Shown here: piece by piece, positions 38,252 to 48,504 of the stretch | Numbering within the stretch: the stretch's first letter is position 1 | How the letters are laid out: every line of letters begins with the position of its first letter | Source: an uncultured Candidatus Saccharibacteria bacterium | GTDB lineage: Bacteria; Patescibacteriota; Saccharimonadia; Saccharimonadales; JACDBH01 | NCBI GenBank assembly: GCA_964431415.1 | Contig: CAYSJS010000003.1 | Span: 36,422 to 100,421 of the forward strand | Length of the DNA: 64,000 bases | Reading direction: 5' to 3' | Made by a program: the position numbers and the translations under genes | Notes under the pieces: model-generated | The model's database searches: none | What the model was told of the DNA's origin: nothing | Seen by the model: only the letters and a program-made list of their open reading frames with translations

Positions 38252-40434
38252 GATAATTTCTCTAAAGGCGCAAATGCAACGTTTAACTTTCTCATTCCTT
38301 TTGTCTGGAACAAAACGGCTACATTATCTCCATCCACTTCCATCACCGTCCCCATTCCGAATACTTGATGCTTGACCCTATCCCCCTCGTGCAGCTCGGG
38401 CACATAGCGGGGCTCGTCACTTAAAACCTGTTTCTCGCCCGAAGTAAAAGCGCCAGGAGTCGGCAGGGGCGTCATAGTTGCCTTGTCGCCCTCGATCTCA
38501 GACAAAAACCGGCTTGGCGGGTTATGCTGCATGCCCCCATACAAGACGCGGGCGGAAGCATACAACAAATACAGCTCCTCGCGGGCGCGTGTCATACCTA
38601 CATACATAAGGCGGCGCTCTTCTTCCATTTCGCTTGCATCATAGAGCGCCCTGCTATGCGGCAGAACCGTTTCTTCTAATCCCACCATAAACACCACGGG
38701 GAACTCCAGCCCTTTTGCTGCATGAAGAGTCATGAGTGTGACGGCATTACTATTAAAGTCGGTCGTATCAAGGTCACTCACCAAACTCACTTCCTCTAAG
38801 AAACCATCCAGTCCTACATCCTGATACGCCTTGGCTACTGAAATAAGTTCTTTTACGTTTTCGACGCGGGATTCACCCTGCAAACTGCCGTCTTCTAGAT
38901 ATGCGTGGTAATCTATCCGCCTTATTAGGCTGTCGATAATTCCGGACACCGCCGTATCGTTCATAAGCTCTCGGTATTGGATAATTATGTCCGCAAGATC
39001 ACTAAAGCCTTGCTTGGCTTTGGGTGTAAGTCCCGGACAATCGCGCACTTGCTCGAGCCCGCTTAAAATACCGCCGCACACTTTTGCCCACTCTGAAAAT
39101 GCCGTCAGAGACTTCGGCCCCAGTCCTCGTGCCGGTACATTCGCAATTCTTTCAAAACTCACCGTATCTTCGGGCTGAAAAACAACCCGCAAGTAGGCAA
39201 CGATATCTTTAATTTCTTTGCGGTCATAAAAGCGCACACCGCCAACAACCCGGTACGGGATTCCATACCGTACAAACATTTCTTCGACCGAACGGCTCTG
39301 CGCATTGGTGCGGTACAAAACCGCAAAATCGTTGTAGCGCCGCTTTCCCATATCCACTAAAGTCTGTATCCGCCTAATGATAGCTTCGCCCTCTGCCCGC
39401 TCACTCTGTGTTTGCAGAATTTGCACCGGCAGGCCGTTTCCTGCATCGGTCCACAACTTTTTATCTGACCGCTGGGTGTTTTTGGTAATCACCGCATGTG
39501 CTGCATCCAAGATCGACTTAGTACTCCGGTAGTTTTGTTCCAGCTTAATAACCGTAACCTTCGGATGATCTGAGCCAAAGTTTAAAATGTTCCGAAAATC
39601 CGCGCCTCTCCAGCTATAAATCGATTGCCAGTCGTCGCCAACTACGGCAATGTTGTTGTTTTTGTTGGTAAGCAACCGCACCAACTTATACTGCGCCGCA
39701 TTCGTGTCTTGGTACTCGTCGATCATAACGTACGAGAACTGCCGATGCCACTTCTCGCGAATCGTCTCATGTTGCTGCAGCATGTGCACGGTTTTTAGAA
39801 TGAGGTCATCAAAGTCTAGACCGCCGGCGTCTTTGAGGATTTTTTCATACAGCGGATACACTTTTGCGGCAGCTTCTTGCGCAGGCATTGACGCAAGCGA
39901 TGCATACTCCGACGGTCCCACCAAGTCATTTTTTGCCGTGCTAATAAGGTTGGCTATAGTTCGGGCTGGGAAAGCTTTGTCATCTATATGGAGCTGACGA
40001 ATCGCTTGCTTGATGGCACTCGTGCGGTCACTTTCATCAAAAATAACGAAATTTCTAGGTATTCCACTATGCTCACCATCTTGCCGCAGCAATCGTACGC
40101 AAATCGAATGGAAGGTGCCCATGTACGGCATAAAACTCCGGTTGTCGGCACGCTCACCTAATAAATGAGCCACACGTTCGCGCATTTCTTTGGCAGCCTT
40201 ATTGGTGAAGGTAACCGCCAAGATGTTATAGGGCGTCGCTAAATGGTTGGCGATTATGTACGCAATGCGGTGAGTTAGAGTTTTAGTTTTTCCGCTTCCT
40301 GCACCAGCCTGAATCAGCAGTGGACCCTCTGTGGTCTGTACCGCTCTGCACTGCTCCGGATTCAGACCGCGCAGCAAATAACTGGTGTCAGCCGTAGTTT
40401 CGTCCGCCCAAGGATCAGTAATAGGATTTTCCAT
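38248..40434 (-). CDS. pcrA: ATP-dependent helicase PcrA/UvrD
   Basis: AGAGSGKT, TFTNKAA, DEYQDTN, VGDDWQSIY, HAAKGLEF, EERRL.YVGMTRA. Confidence 0.96.
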   Translation of the reverse strand: MENPITDPWADETTADTSYLLRGLNPEQCRAVQTTEGPLLIQAGAGSGKTKTLTHRIAYIIANHLATPYNILAVTFTNKAAKEMRERVAHLLGERADNRSFMPYMGTFHSICVRLLRQDGEHSGIPRNFVIFDESDRTSAIKQAIRQLHIDDKAFPARTIANLISTAKNDLVGPSEYASLASMPAQEAAAKVYPLYEKILKDAGGLDFDDLILKTVHMLQQHETIREKWHRQFSYVMIDEYQDTNAAQYKLVRLLTNKNNNIAVVGDDWQSIYSWRGADFRNILNFGSDHPKVTVIKLEQNYRSTKSILDAAHAVITKNTQRSDKKLWTDAGNGLPVQILQTQSERAEGEAIIRRIQTLVDMGKRRYNDFAVLYRTNAQSRSVEEMFVRYGIPYRVVGGVRFYDRKEIKDIVAYLRVVFQPEDTVSFERIANVPARGLGPKSLTAFSEWAKVCGGILSGLEQVRDCPGLTPKAKQGFSDLADIIIQYRELMNDTAVSGIIDSLIRRIDYHAYLEDGSLQGESRVENVKELISVAKAYQDVGLDGFLEEVSLVSDLDTTDFNSNAVTLMTLHAAKGLEFPVVFMVGLEETVLPHSRALYDASEMEEERRLMYVGMTRAREELYLLYASARVLYGGMQHNPPSRFLSEIEGDKATMTPLPTPGAFTSGEKQVLSDEPRYVPELHEGDRVKHQVFGMGTVMEVDGDNVAVLFQTKGMRKLNVAFAPLEKLS

Positions 40435-40523
40435 CTAGTTGGAGCTCGTATATTTTCCGGTTTGCATCATGTCATTGTAGCAGAAACCAGGTATAGTCGC
40501 TGCCGCACCGTTTCTTACAGCGT

Positions 40524-41492
40524 TTACTTAATAAATTCGTAAGGCAAAGTAAGGCTGGTTTTTATCACTTCAGCATCTATCAAAAGATATGCGCCAATAA
40601 GAAGGAGAAGAATCACCAAAAACACAACACCAACACCGCCGCGTCTTTTTGGCTTGGAGCTGTCGTGAGCAAGCGGCACGAAATACTTTTTACTATCTAT
40701 GAGTTCCTGAAGGGCAGCATCGCGTTTTGCCTGCTCCTCCAATGCCTTTTGATCAAGCTTTGGTTTTTCTGAAGCTTCAGCCAGCGCATCAACGCTAGCC
40801 GACTCCGAACCTTCGCTCCCAGCGTCTGCAGCAGCACCCGTGGCTTCCTGAGTAGCTTCTGGAGCTTCCGGCGTGTCTGACGTTGACTGAGCGCTATCTA
40901 CATCTGTATCGGGATCGGCATCTTCGCCAGATACATCCTTTTGAGCGACCTCCTCAGCGTCTTCATTCTGCTCTATTTCGCTTGGGATGCTCGTGCTTGA
41001 AGAAGCTTTCTCTTCCGGCGCCGTACTCGGCAGCGCACTACCCTTGCCTGTAGTAACTGTAACGGCAGTATTTGCTGTAGAGTCTACAATCTGGAGTTTT
41101 TTTGTTTCTTTCTTGGGTTTTATGGCCGCTTCTTCTGCCTCTTTAGCTTCAAGCTCGGGCGCAGTCTCGGTAAAGTTAACGACGTTGTTTTCCGGCTCAA
41201 CCTGTCCTAGAAAAGTCTCATCTTCTTCGGTTAGCGGCTTAATAACTTTGCGCGTTACAGAAGGCGCAGCAAGCGGCTTCACTGCAGTTTTTTGATCGTT
41301 GCTGTCCGGCAGCACAGAGGTATCTCGTACGGTTATGGCCTGACCTACCACGGGACGCGAAGTACTGAGAGGCTTTGCCTTACCCGGTTTTGCCACATCA
41401 AATACTTTGGCGTTATCTATGGACTTAGGCCTGCCCGCTCCCATTTTATTCCTCGGCCCCGATCTCGCGGCGCAGACGATATGCTGCATCAA
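40524..41492 (-). CDS. Acidic low-complexity protein with C-terminal TM (likely start near 41446)
   Basis: VFDVAKPGK N-motif, E/A/S/T-rich region, IDSKKYFVP, C-terminal TM. Confidence 0.75.
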   Translation of the reverse strand: MMQHIVCAARSGPRNKMGAGRPKSIDNAKVFDVAKPGKAKPLSTSRPVVGQAITVRDTSVLPDSNDQKTAVKPLAAPSVTRKVIKPLTEEDETFLGQVEPENNVVNFTETAPELEAKEAEEAAIKPKKETKKLQIVDSTANTAVTVTTGKGSALPSTAPEEKASSSTSIPSEIEQNEDAEEVAQKDVSGEDADPDTDVDSAQSTSDTPEAPEATQEATGAAADAGSEGSESASVDALAEASEKPKLDQKALEEQAKRDAALQELIDSKKYFVPLAHDSSKPKRRGGVGVVFLVILLLLIGAYLLIDAEVIKTSLTLPYEFIK

Positions 41493-42243
41493 CGATACCG
41501 CTAAACATATGATAGTTCACGCTGGCACCGCCCACCAAAACGCCGTCAATACCGGGCACTTCCAAATACCCGCGTGTCACGTCCGGCGTCACGCTGCCGC
41601 CATATAAAACACGTACTTTTTCGGCTGCTTTCACGCCGTACAGCTCAGAAATATTGTGACGTATGACTCTTTCCGCTTTCATTACATCTTCGGGTGTAGC
41701 GCGCATGTGATGCATCGGGTCGCCATCGCTCAACGCCCAAACCGGTTCATAGGCTATCACAACCTTGTCCAGATCACTTGCCGTCAGCCCCCGAAGCGCA
41801 GTAACCACTTGGTCATGAAGAACGCGGCGCGTATGGCCGGCTAAGCGTTCGGCCTTTGTTTCGCCAACACAAAGAATCGGCATGATGTCGTTTCGAACAG
41901 CCGACTCGACTTTTTCAGCTACTTCTTTTAAGCTCTCGCCGAATATATGCCGCCGCTCTGAATGGCCAATAATCGCATAGTGAACTAGGTCGTGCAGCAT
42001 GGCATAACTTACTTCGCCCGTAAACGCTCCCTCATCCTTATAATATGCATTTTGAGCTGCCAGCCGGAATTTACGCCGGTCTATCTGGACGGAAAGCGGC
42101 TGCAAAACCAGCATGCTCGGCGCAAGCACCACTTCTATATCACGGTAGATTTTTATACGTTCCTGCAAGCGATGTACGAGAATACTCGCCTGCATCGTAT
42201 TCAGATGCATCTTCCAATTTCCAACGATCAGCATTTTACGCAT
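41446..42243 (-). CDS. tpiA: Triosephosphate isomerase
   Basis: GNWKM, GAFTGEVS, GHSERR, AYEPVWA, YGGSV, LVGGAS. Confidence 0.97.
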   Translation of the reverse strand: MRKMLIVGNWKMHLNTMQASILVHRLQERIKIYRDIEVVLAPSMLVLQPLSVQIDRRKFRLAAQNAYYKDEGAFTGEVSYAMLHDLVHYAIIGHSERRHIFGESLKEVAEKVESAVRNDIMPILCVGETKAERLAGHTRRVLHDQVVTALRGLTASDLDKVVIAYEPVWALSDGDPMHHMRATPEDVMKAERVIRHNISELYGVKAAEKVRVLYGGSVTPDVTRGYLEVPGIDGVLVGGASVNYHMFSGIVDAAYRLRREIGAEE

Positions 42244-42388
42244 GCGACCTTCCTTCTTGTGCTAGGGGAGAGCAGCCCACACATCCGGCCTTGCCGGTGC
42301 ATGGCGCGATGAGAGGGGATATTCCCCTCTCATAAGCGCAAGCGCTCAGATGCATCTTCCAGTTACCAACGATCAGCATTTTACGCAT
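42244..42388 (-). mobile_element. 145-bp unit: duplicate of tpiA first 43 nt plus 102-bp palindromic insert
   Basis: 42346-42388 matches 42201-42243 at 41/43; insert has 11-bp hairpin 42309-42333, the 17-bp dispersed repeat and an AGGAAGG RBS. Confidence 0.6.
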
Positions 42389-42394
42389 ATATGA

Positions 42395-43753
42395 TTATTT
42401 CTTATTACTCTTATGCTTTATTGTACTACTTTTTGAGGATTTTTTACCCTGCAATGCGGCTACGCCGGGCAGTTCCTTACCCTCCATGAGCTCTAAACTA
42501 GCGCCGCCACCAGTCGATACATGATGAAACGCCTTGGTGAGTCCGCGCTCTTCTACATACGAAACAGTGTCCCCGCCGCCAACTAAAGAAAAAGGTCTAT
42601 TGCCAAATTGCCCCGTTAAGGCCTCGACAATTAGCTCAGTACCATGCGCAAACGGGCCAACCGGATCATTATTTTTGCCGTCCGTTTCGGTTACGCCCAT
42701 CGTACCGTTCCAGACTACCGTCTGTGCAAGCTGCGCACCGCCCGCTATAAATGAACCGGAAAACGGTCCAATATCCAAAATAAGTTCATCCTTCGCTACC
42801 ATCGTTGATTCATGCTTTGGCTGGCCCGGGTAGCTTTCTATGTCGGCAATAACGTGCGCATCCCAATCTACAATCCGCGTTTGTTTTGGATCTTTTATAT
42901 CAGTTGCAACCACACCATCCTGCGGCAAATAGAACACAAATGGCCGGCTTTTAGCGGCCGTCTTGGCTTTTTCGATTATTTCTTTGGCTAGTGGCACATC
43001 ACCGGTATCGGCTAAGCTCTTGCCGATCTCTATACCTTCGGCAAGCAAAAATGTGTTGGCCATGGCACCGCCTATTGCAATAAAGTCAGCTATATCTATG
43101 AATTTTTCGATTACTTTGATTTTGTCGGTTATTTTGGCACCGCCGATAATCGCCATCAATGGGCGCTTTGGCTCGCTCATAACATTAGTAATCGTGTCTA
43201 CTTCTTTTTCGAGGAGCAGGCCGGCAACGCTGGGTAAAAACTGCGTAATTGCATCGGTCGAAGCATGCGCCCGATGGACCACACCAAACGCGTCCTGAAC
43301 AAATACTTCGCCATACGATGCCAGTTGTTTCGCAAACTCAGAGTCGTTTTTTTCCTCCTCGGGGTAGAACCGGAGATTTTCGAGCAATAATATATCACCC
43401 ACTGCAAGTGATTTTGCTGCAAGAGCGGTGTCACTGCCCAGACAGTCGGCAGCAAAATGGACGTTCTTTTTGAGCAGATTACTTAAACACCTGGCGACCG
43501 GCTCTAGACTATACCGCGGGTCGGTTTTACCTTCCGGCCTGCCTAAGTGAGACATGAGTACTAAGCTGCAGCCTTGTTCCAGCAGATACAGCAGTGTCGG
43601 GATACTTTCTGTTATGCGATAATCGCTCACCACCTTGCCGTTTTCTAGCGGCACGTTGTAATCAACCCGAACAAGTACTCTTTTATTCTTAAGATCTATA
43701 TCTTTAACGGTTTTTTTGTCAAACGCCACCAGCCCGCCCCTTTTTAGAAACAA
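42395..43753 (-). CDS. pgk: Phosphoglycerate kinase
   Basis: RVDYNVP, SHLGRP, LLENLRF, HRAHAS, STGGGASL. Confidence 0.97.
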   Translation of the reverse strand: MFLKRGGLVAFDKKTVKDIDLKNKRVLVRVDYNVPLENGKVVSDYRITESIPTLLYLLEQGCSLVLMSHLGRPEGKTDPRYSLEPVARCLSNLLKKNVHFAADCLGSDTALAAKSLAVGDILLLENLRFYPEEEKNDSEFAKQLASYGEVFVQDAFGVVHRAHASTDAITQFLPSVAGLLLEKEVDTITNVMSEPKRPLMAIIGGAKITDKIKVIEKFIDIADFIAIGGAMANTFLLAEGIEIGKSLADTGDVPLAKEIIEKAKTAAKSRPFVFYLPQDGVVATDIKDPKQTRIVDWDAHVIADIESYPGQPKHESTMVAKDELILDIGPFSGSFIAGGAQLAQTVVWNGTMGVTETDGKNNDPVGPFAHGTELIVEALTGQFGNRPFSLVGGGDTVSYVEERGLTKAFHHVSTGGGASLELMEGKELPGVAALQGKKSSKSSTIKHKSNKK

Positions 43754-43829
43754 TACGTATATTACTAGAGACTAGTATAGGCATAAGCGTCTTAAAAAGA
43801 AATAGCCCCGCTTTTTAACAACCGAGATA

Positions 43830-43875
43830 AAAAAAACCGCCTGAACTTATCTTTTTGAAAGTCAGGCGGTTTTTT
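43830..43875. terminator. Intrinsic terminator after pyk
   Basis: AAAAAAACCGCCTGA/TCAGGCGGTTTTTT. Confidence 0.8.
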
Positions 43876-43889
43876 AAAAATCGGGCGCA

Positions 43890-45332
43890 CTATTCCATAA
43901 CGCGAACTTTGATGGTGTCGGTTGTGCCGACCACACCTGGATACCGTCCGGAGCAAGAAACAATAACATCGCCCGCCGAAAGCACACGGTTGGTGTGCAG
44001 CCAGTTTGTCAGCTTTTCTGCAGCCAAGCGGTCTACCGGACGCACATAGCTCTTGCATGCATAGACAATTGCAAGCTGGTTAGCAACGCGAACATCGCTT
44101 GTTACCGCAATCAACGGAATTTCTACACGCTTGCTAGAAATCTCAAGAGCAGTTGCGCCAGAGCGGGTTTCTGCCACAATAGCATCCGCCTTGATATCGT
44201 TCGCCAGTCTAAGTACGGCGGCCGAGATAGCCTGCTGACGAGTATATACTTTGTCGATCGTTTCATCCTTGAAGCTCACCCGTACAGGGGCGTTTTGCTC
44301 GGTATACAGAATCACGCGCTTCATTACTTTGATCGCTTCCATAGGATAGCGGCCATTTGCCGTCTCATCGCTGAGCATCACGCAGTCGGCGCCGATCAAA
44401 ACCGCGGTAGCCACGTCGGAAACTTCAGCTCGAGTCGGCTCGGGAGCTTCGGTCATGCTAAAGAGCATTTGAGTAGCGACAATTGTCGGTTTGGCATGCT
44501 TAATACCAAGTCCGATAAGCTGGCGCTGGATAATAGGAACGCTCTCTGGCGGCGTTTCCACGGCAAGATCGCCGCGGGCTACCATAATCACATCGGTTTC
44601 TTCTACGATCTCTTGCATGTGCTCAACAGCCGAACGCGTTTCTACCTTTACAATCACCTTCGCGTTCATGTTGAGGTTCTTCATGATTTTGCGAAGATTC
44701 TTTACATCATCCGCGGTCTGCACGAAGCTCTGCGCTACATAGTCAATGTCCTGGGTAGAACAAAACGCCAGGTCTTCTTTGTCTTTTTTGGTGATCACAT
44801 CACCGCCAAAGTCCGTATCCGGCAGGTTAATACCCTTGCGCTTTAGCAAGATGCCGTCGTTTTCAACCCGAACATGTACGATACCCTCGGACACGCTGGT
44901 AACGATAGTTTTGACCTTGCCGTCATAAATGTACAAGCGTTCACCGCGCTTTACCTTCTTGCTTAGGTCGTACTGCATTGGTACGATACCGTCTTTTTCG
45001 TAATTGGCATTGTAGCCGATGCGCAGACTCTGACCTTCGGTCACATTAATAATGCCATCAAAGTCGCCAAGACGAATTTTTGGACCCTGTAAGTCGGCAA
45101 TTATAGCAATCGGCTTGCCATACTCGCGGCTTGCTTTACGAATCCACTTAATCTGACGACCTCGTTCTTCGTATGAACCATGGCTAAAGTTCAAACGAAT
45201 TCCGTTTGCACCGGCTTTAATGGCACTTAGAATCGCTTCGTATGAGTCAGTAGCCGGCCCCACCGTTGCAATGATCTTTGTTCGTTTGTATTGGCCAAGC
45301 TGCCCGCCTGGAACTTTGCGTGTTACGTCCAT
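43890..45332 (-). CDS. pyk: Pyruvate kinase
   Basis: RTKIIATVGPA, RLNFSHG, DLQGPKIR, MVARGDL, ATQM, PTRAEVSD. Confidence 0.97.
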   Translation of the reverse strand: MDVTRKVPGGQLGQYKRTKIIATVGPATDSYEAILSAIKAGANGIRLNFSHGSYEERGRQIKWIRKASREYGKPIAIIADLQGPKIRLGDFDGIINVTEGQSLRIGYNANYEKDGIVPMQYDLSKKVKRGERLYIYDGKVKTIVTSVSEGIVHVRVENDGILLKRKGINLPDTDFGGDVITKKDKEDLAFCSTQDIDYVAQSFVQTADDVKNLRKIMKNLNMNAKVIVKVETRSAVEHMQEIVEETDVIMVARGDLAVETPPESVPIIQRQLIGLGIKHAKPTIVATQMLFSMTEAPEPTRAEVSDVATAVLIGADCVMLSDETANGRYPMEAIKVMKRVILYTEQNAPVRVSFKDETIDKVYTRQQAISAAVLRLANDIKADAIVAETRSGATALEISSKRVEIPLIAVTSDVRVANQLAIVYACKSYVRPVDRLAAEKLTNWLHTNRVLSAGDVIVSCSGRYPGVVGTTDTIKVRVME

Positions 45333-45489
45333 GGTTTTCCTTACTATTTATTATACGCTTATGCTTACATTAAAAAACAAAGGTACGTTCCCTGTAATAA
45401 AGGGATCTTTTTTAAATTTTTGAAGATTAGTATCAGAGCATGTGACGATCTCTGTCGCTATGTCAAAGAAACATTTTATACAGCACATG

Positions 45490-45564
45490 TGGTGATCCCA
45501 AGGAGAGTCGAACTCCTCTTGCTGGGATGAAAACCCAGTGTCCTAACCGATAGACGATGGGACC
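45490..45564 (-). tRNA. tRNA-Glu(TTC)
   Basis: GGTCCCA...CTGGG-TTTTCAT-CCCAG...GTTCGAC...TGGGATC-A-CCA cloverleaf. Confidence 0.96.
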
Positions 45565-45594
45565 TCCACATGAACTCTATCCGCTTTAAATGTT

Positions 45595-45687
45595 CTGAAC
45601 GACCAATCCTCTTTATCGCCCTCACGAGGAAGGCTGATAGTAGGCATAGAAAGAAATCTTCACTTGCCTTGATAGGATAATCTTCAG
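45595..45687 (-). ncRNA. Candidate three-way-junction RNA upstream of tRNA-Glu
   Basis: Starts just after TGGTAAAAT (45694-45702); three nested stems. Confidence 0.4.
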
Positions 45688-45742
45688 CTTTGCATTTTAC
45701 CATAACAGATACAAAACGTCCACCCATGTTTCGCCCCTAAAC

Positions 45743-45780
45743 AAAAGCTCGCTTCTCTCATATAAGAGAAGCGAGCTTTT
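45743..45780. terminator. Intrinsic terminator
   Basis: AAAAGCTCGCTTCTCT/AGAGAAGCGAGCTTTT perfect 16-bp stem. Confidence 0.85.
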
Positions 45781-45859
45781 TAAGTTTGAGCGGTCAGTCA
45801 CGACGCTGATTTGTGATCTAGACCTTAGCGTAGCACAAAAGTGCTCTTTACGCTAGTGC

Positions 45860-46876
45860 TTAGTTCGTTCCGCGAAGTGCACGCATGCGGTACAAGAATG
45901 CACCGATGAATGAAACACCGAGGAAGATAGCGATCGTACTGCCAGCACCGGTTTTTGGCAGCTCGGTTGGAGGAGTTACAGGCTTTTTAACAAAGCTGAT
46001 AACGCTCGCACACTTGTCGCTTGTCTTAGAAACCGTCTTACCATCCACAGTAAAGTTGGTAGTTACTTTTACATTCTTTGAGTTGTTAAGATCTGTGTAG
46101 GTGTGGTCGGCGGTTGCAACATCATCTTTCTTTACGCCATCACCGAAGTCATAGCTTACGTTCTTGAAGGTAGCACCGTTTGCTGCAGTGTAGTTAACGC
46201 TAAAGCGGAACTTGTTGTCAGCGAGTTTGGTAACCGTCAAAAGGTCACAGCTGTAGATTGGGGTAACCGGCGCCTTCTTAACATGAATCTTAACTTTTAC
46301 ACTTATGTAAGCGCGATATTCAAAACAACCAGGAACGATACCGTTATACCCAAGAGTAGCGTTATCCATAATGTTGCCTGTTAATGTGTAAGGAACATTC
46401 CATTGTGGTGCATTGGTCGTCATTGCCTGGCTTACATATTCAAGACTAATTTCTTGCCCCTGGCATGTAATGAACACATTGTCTGTTGCGAGTGCAGAGT
46501 TGTCTGCCTTCACTGAAGCTAAGATTTCTTGGCTCTTTGCATATCCGGTGTTTTTAAAATCAACATCAACCTTCGTGTTCTTTGCTACACCAACACCATC
46601 ATTGTTTGCACCGTTTAATTCGGTAGGGTTGGTATTGTGAACATAAAACCACAAGTCAACAGTTTGGTCTTCAGTACATGCTTCTGTCGTATCTGGACCG
46701 TTTGCATCTGTAATTCTTAAAAAGTTCTTTTCTTCGCCGATTCCATTTACACCAGAACCATTGTTAAACACAACAGCTGGAGCAGCGGAAACCATTGCTG
46801 TACCGATAACGAAAGTTGCAGCAAGTAAGCTTAGTGAGCTTACGAGAGCCTTTACTTTTGTACTAATGAATTTCAT
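45860..46876 (-). CDS. LPxTG-anchored surface protein with PKD-like domain
   Basis: Signal peptide, YDFGDG...HTY, ELPKTG plus TM plus basic tail, AAGGAG RBS. Confidence 0.88.
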   Translation of the reverse strand: MKFISTKVKALVSSLSLLAATFVIGTAMVSAAPAVVFNNGSGVNGIGEEKNFLRITDANGPDTTEACTEDQTVDLWFYVHNTNPTELNGANNDGVGVAKNTKVDVDFKNTGYAKSQEILASVKADNSALATDNVFITCQGQEISLEYVSQAMTTNAPQWNVPYTLTGNIMDNATLGYNGIVPGCFEYRAYISVKVKIHVKKAPVTPIYSCDLLTVTKLADNKFRFSVNYTAANGATFKNVSYDFGDGVKKDDVATADHTYTDLNNSKNVKVTTNFTVDGKTVSKTSDKCASVISFVKKPVTPPTELPKTGAGSTIAIFLGVSFIGAFLYRMRALRGTN

Positions 46877-46898
46877 CTCATATTCTCCTTAATCTTAA

Positions 46899-48362
46899 TT
46901 ACTTACAAATTACTTGACCATCACCATTTGAATCGCCAAGGTTAGTGTAAGGCGTCTTGTTCATTGGGTCTGCTAAAATTGCAGCCCGCGCAGCAGCAGT
47001 AATGCGTCTGAAGAACTTTATGACACCAAAACCGCCTTCGTTTCGTGGTTCGTCTAAGTCACATACATCTACGTCATAGTACTGTTCAGCTTGTGTAGTA
47101 GTTGTCGCTTCTTGGGTAGTTGTAGTTGAAACTATAGTAATTGGAGGCAAAGTAGTAGGTGCTGAAGTAACAACTACAGTAGTGCTTGAGCGTGGTGTAG
47201 TACCTGTGTTAGGAGTTGTCCCAGTGTTTGGTGTAGTACCTGTGTTAGGCGTTGTTCCAGTATTTGGAGTTGTACCGCCGACGGTTGTATCAGGGTTGCC
47301 CGGTACATCTGTTGGAGTACCGGTTGATTCTGTTGGATTCCCTGGGGCATCTGGAGTACTTGGCGAAGATGGAGCCTGGCCTCTTCCGCCGCCAACACTT
47401 GTGCTACTTGCGCCCGCAGGTCCTTGTTCTGTCGTGCTAGTTGCACTTCCACCAGGCAAGCTAGTTGTTGAACCTGCAGGAATATTACCGCTAGTTGAAG
47501 GGTTAACAGCAATCGTGGTTGACGCATTTGGATCAACATCAACCTTGTGCGGTGCACCGGTAACAATTTCAGTCGCGCTGGTCAGGTTTGACCAACCTTG
47601 GATATAGAGCTTGCTGCTGCCCCTTCGTGCGAGCACAGAAGTAAATCCGTCTATACCTTCTACAGTTGCGTTGAGACTAAACTCAACACCACTGAGAACA
47701 TCACCTTCGGCAATAACTTCTTTATGAACGCGCATGCCAATGATTTCGTTTGTCTCTGGGTCGCGAACAGCTTCGAAAACTGTAACTTTATCACCCTGTC
47801 TAGCAAAGGTTCCGTTATAGCGTGCTGTTTGAACGGCAACACTGTAAGCCTCTGCACAATCTTCACGTGCAGCTGCTTCACCTTCGTTATTGTAGCGAGC
47901 TACCAAGTTCTGGAAAGCGGCCAAGTAATCACGGTCGGGGTTTACACCTTCACCGTCAGTTGCTGGCTCGCCAGCTGCAGCCATAAAAGCAGCGAGAGAG
48001 GAGAAGTCGCCACTGTGGCTTAATGGACCATCTTGGTCAAACAGTTCATCAATAAATTCTTTTGGATCGGTGCCGTCATACATTGGCAAGAATGCTTCTG
48101 AATCGTACTGATCACCTACGGATGCAGCAGAAGCGTGTACGAACGTATCACAGCCGCTTTCGCTGGAAGGCATCGTTGGTACGGTAGCTCTTTCTTGACG
48201 CTCACCGCTATTTGAGGCGAGAGCAAAACCACCATAGCCCAGCGCACCAACAGCAGCAAAAGCCGCCGTTGCTCGCAATAGAGCATTTGGACGTACGCTA
48301 CCAGCATCTGTATTCGCCGGTGCAGATATTGCATTCATATTTACAACTTCAGACATCTTCAT
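46899..48362 (-). CDS. Exported protein with Thr/Pro/Gly-rich linker and TTPNTG repeats
   Basis: GGAGGA RBS, hydrophobic N-segment, (TTPNTG)x4, C-terminal DSNGDG. Confidence 0.8.
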   Translation of the reverse strand: MKMSEVVNMNAISAPANTDAGSVRPNALLRATAAFAAVGALGYGGFALASNSGERQERATVPTMPSSESGCDTFVHASAASVGDQYDSEAFLPMYDGTDPKEFIDELFDQDGPLSHSGDFSSLAAFMAAAGEPATDGEGVNPDRDYLAAFQNLVARYNNEGEAAAREDCAEAYSVAVQTARYNGTFARQGDKVTVFEAVRDPETNEIIGMRVHKEVIAEGDVLSGVEFSLNATVEGIDGFTSVLARRGSSKLYIQGWSNLTSATEIVTGAPHKVDVDPNASTTIAVNPSTSGNIPAGSTTSLPGGSATSTTEQGPAGASSTSVGGGRGQAPSSPSTPDAPGNPTESTGTPTDVPGNPDTTVGGTTPNTGTTPNTGTTPNTGTTPNTGTTPRSSTTVVVTSAPTTLPPITIVSTTTTQEATTTTQAEQYYDVDVCDLDEPRNEGGFGVIKFFRRITAAARAAILADPMNKTPYTNLGDSNGDGQVICK

Positions 48363-48460
48363 TCCTCCTACTTATAATCTCTTAGACACGTTATGTACTT
48401 TGTAACACTTTTAGCGTAACTATGAAAGCATAAGCTTTTACAAAATACAAATACGTTATT

Positions 48461-48490
48461 TATGATATCATAGATTAATTATTTTGTCAA
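48461..48490 (-). promoter_or_regulatory. Sigma70-type promoter with palindrome over -10
   Basis: TTGACA-17 nt-TATCAT on -; TATGATATCATA palindrome 48461-48472. Confidence 0.6.
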
Positions 48491-48504
48491 CATTATTGAG
48501 TAAT

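Noticed and set aside
45476-45727. 83-aa ORF from the track
   Set aside because: Runs through tRNA-Glu and its promoter
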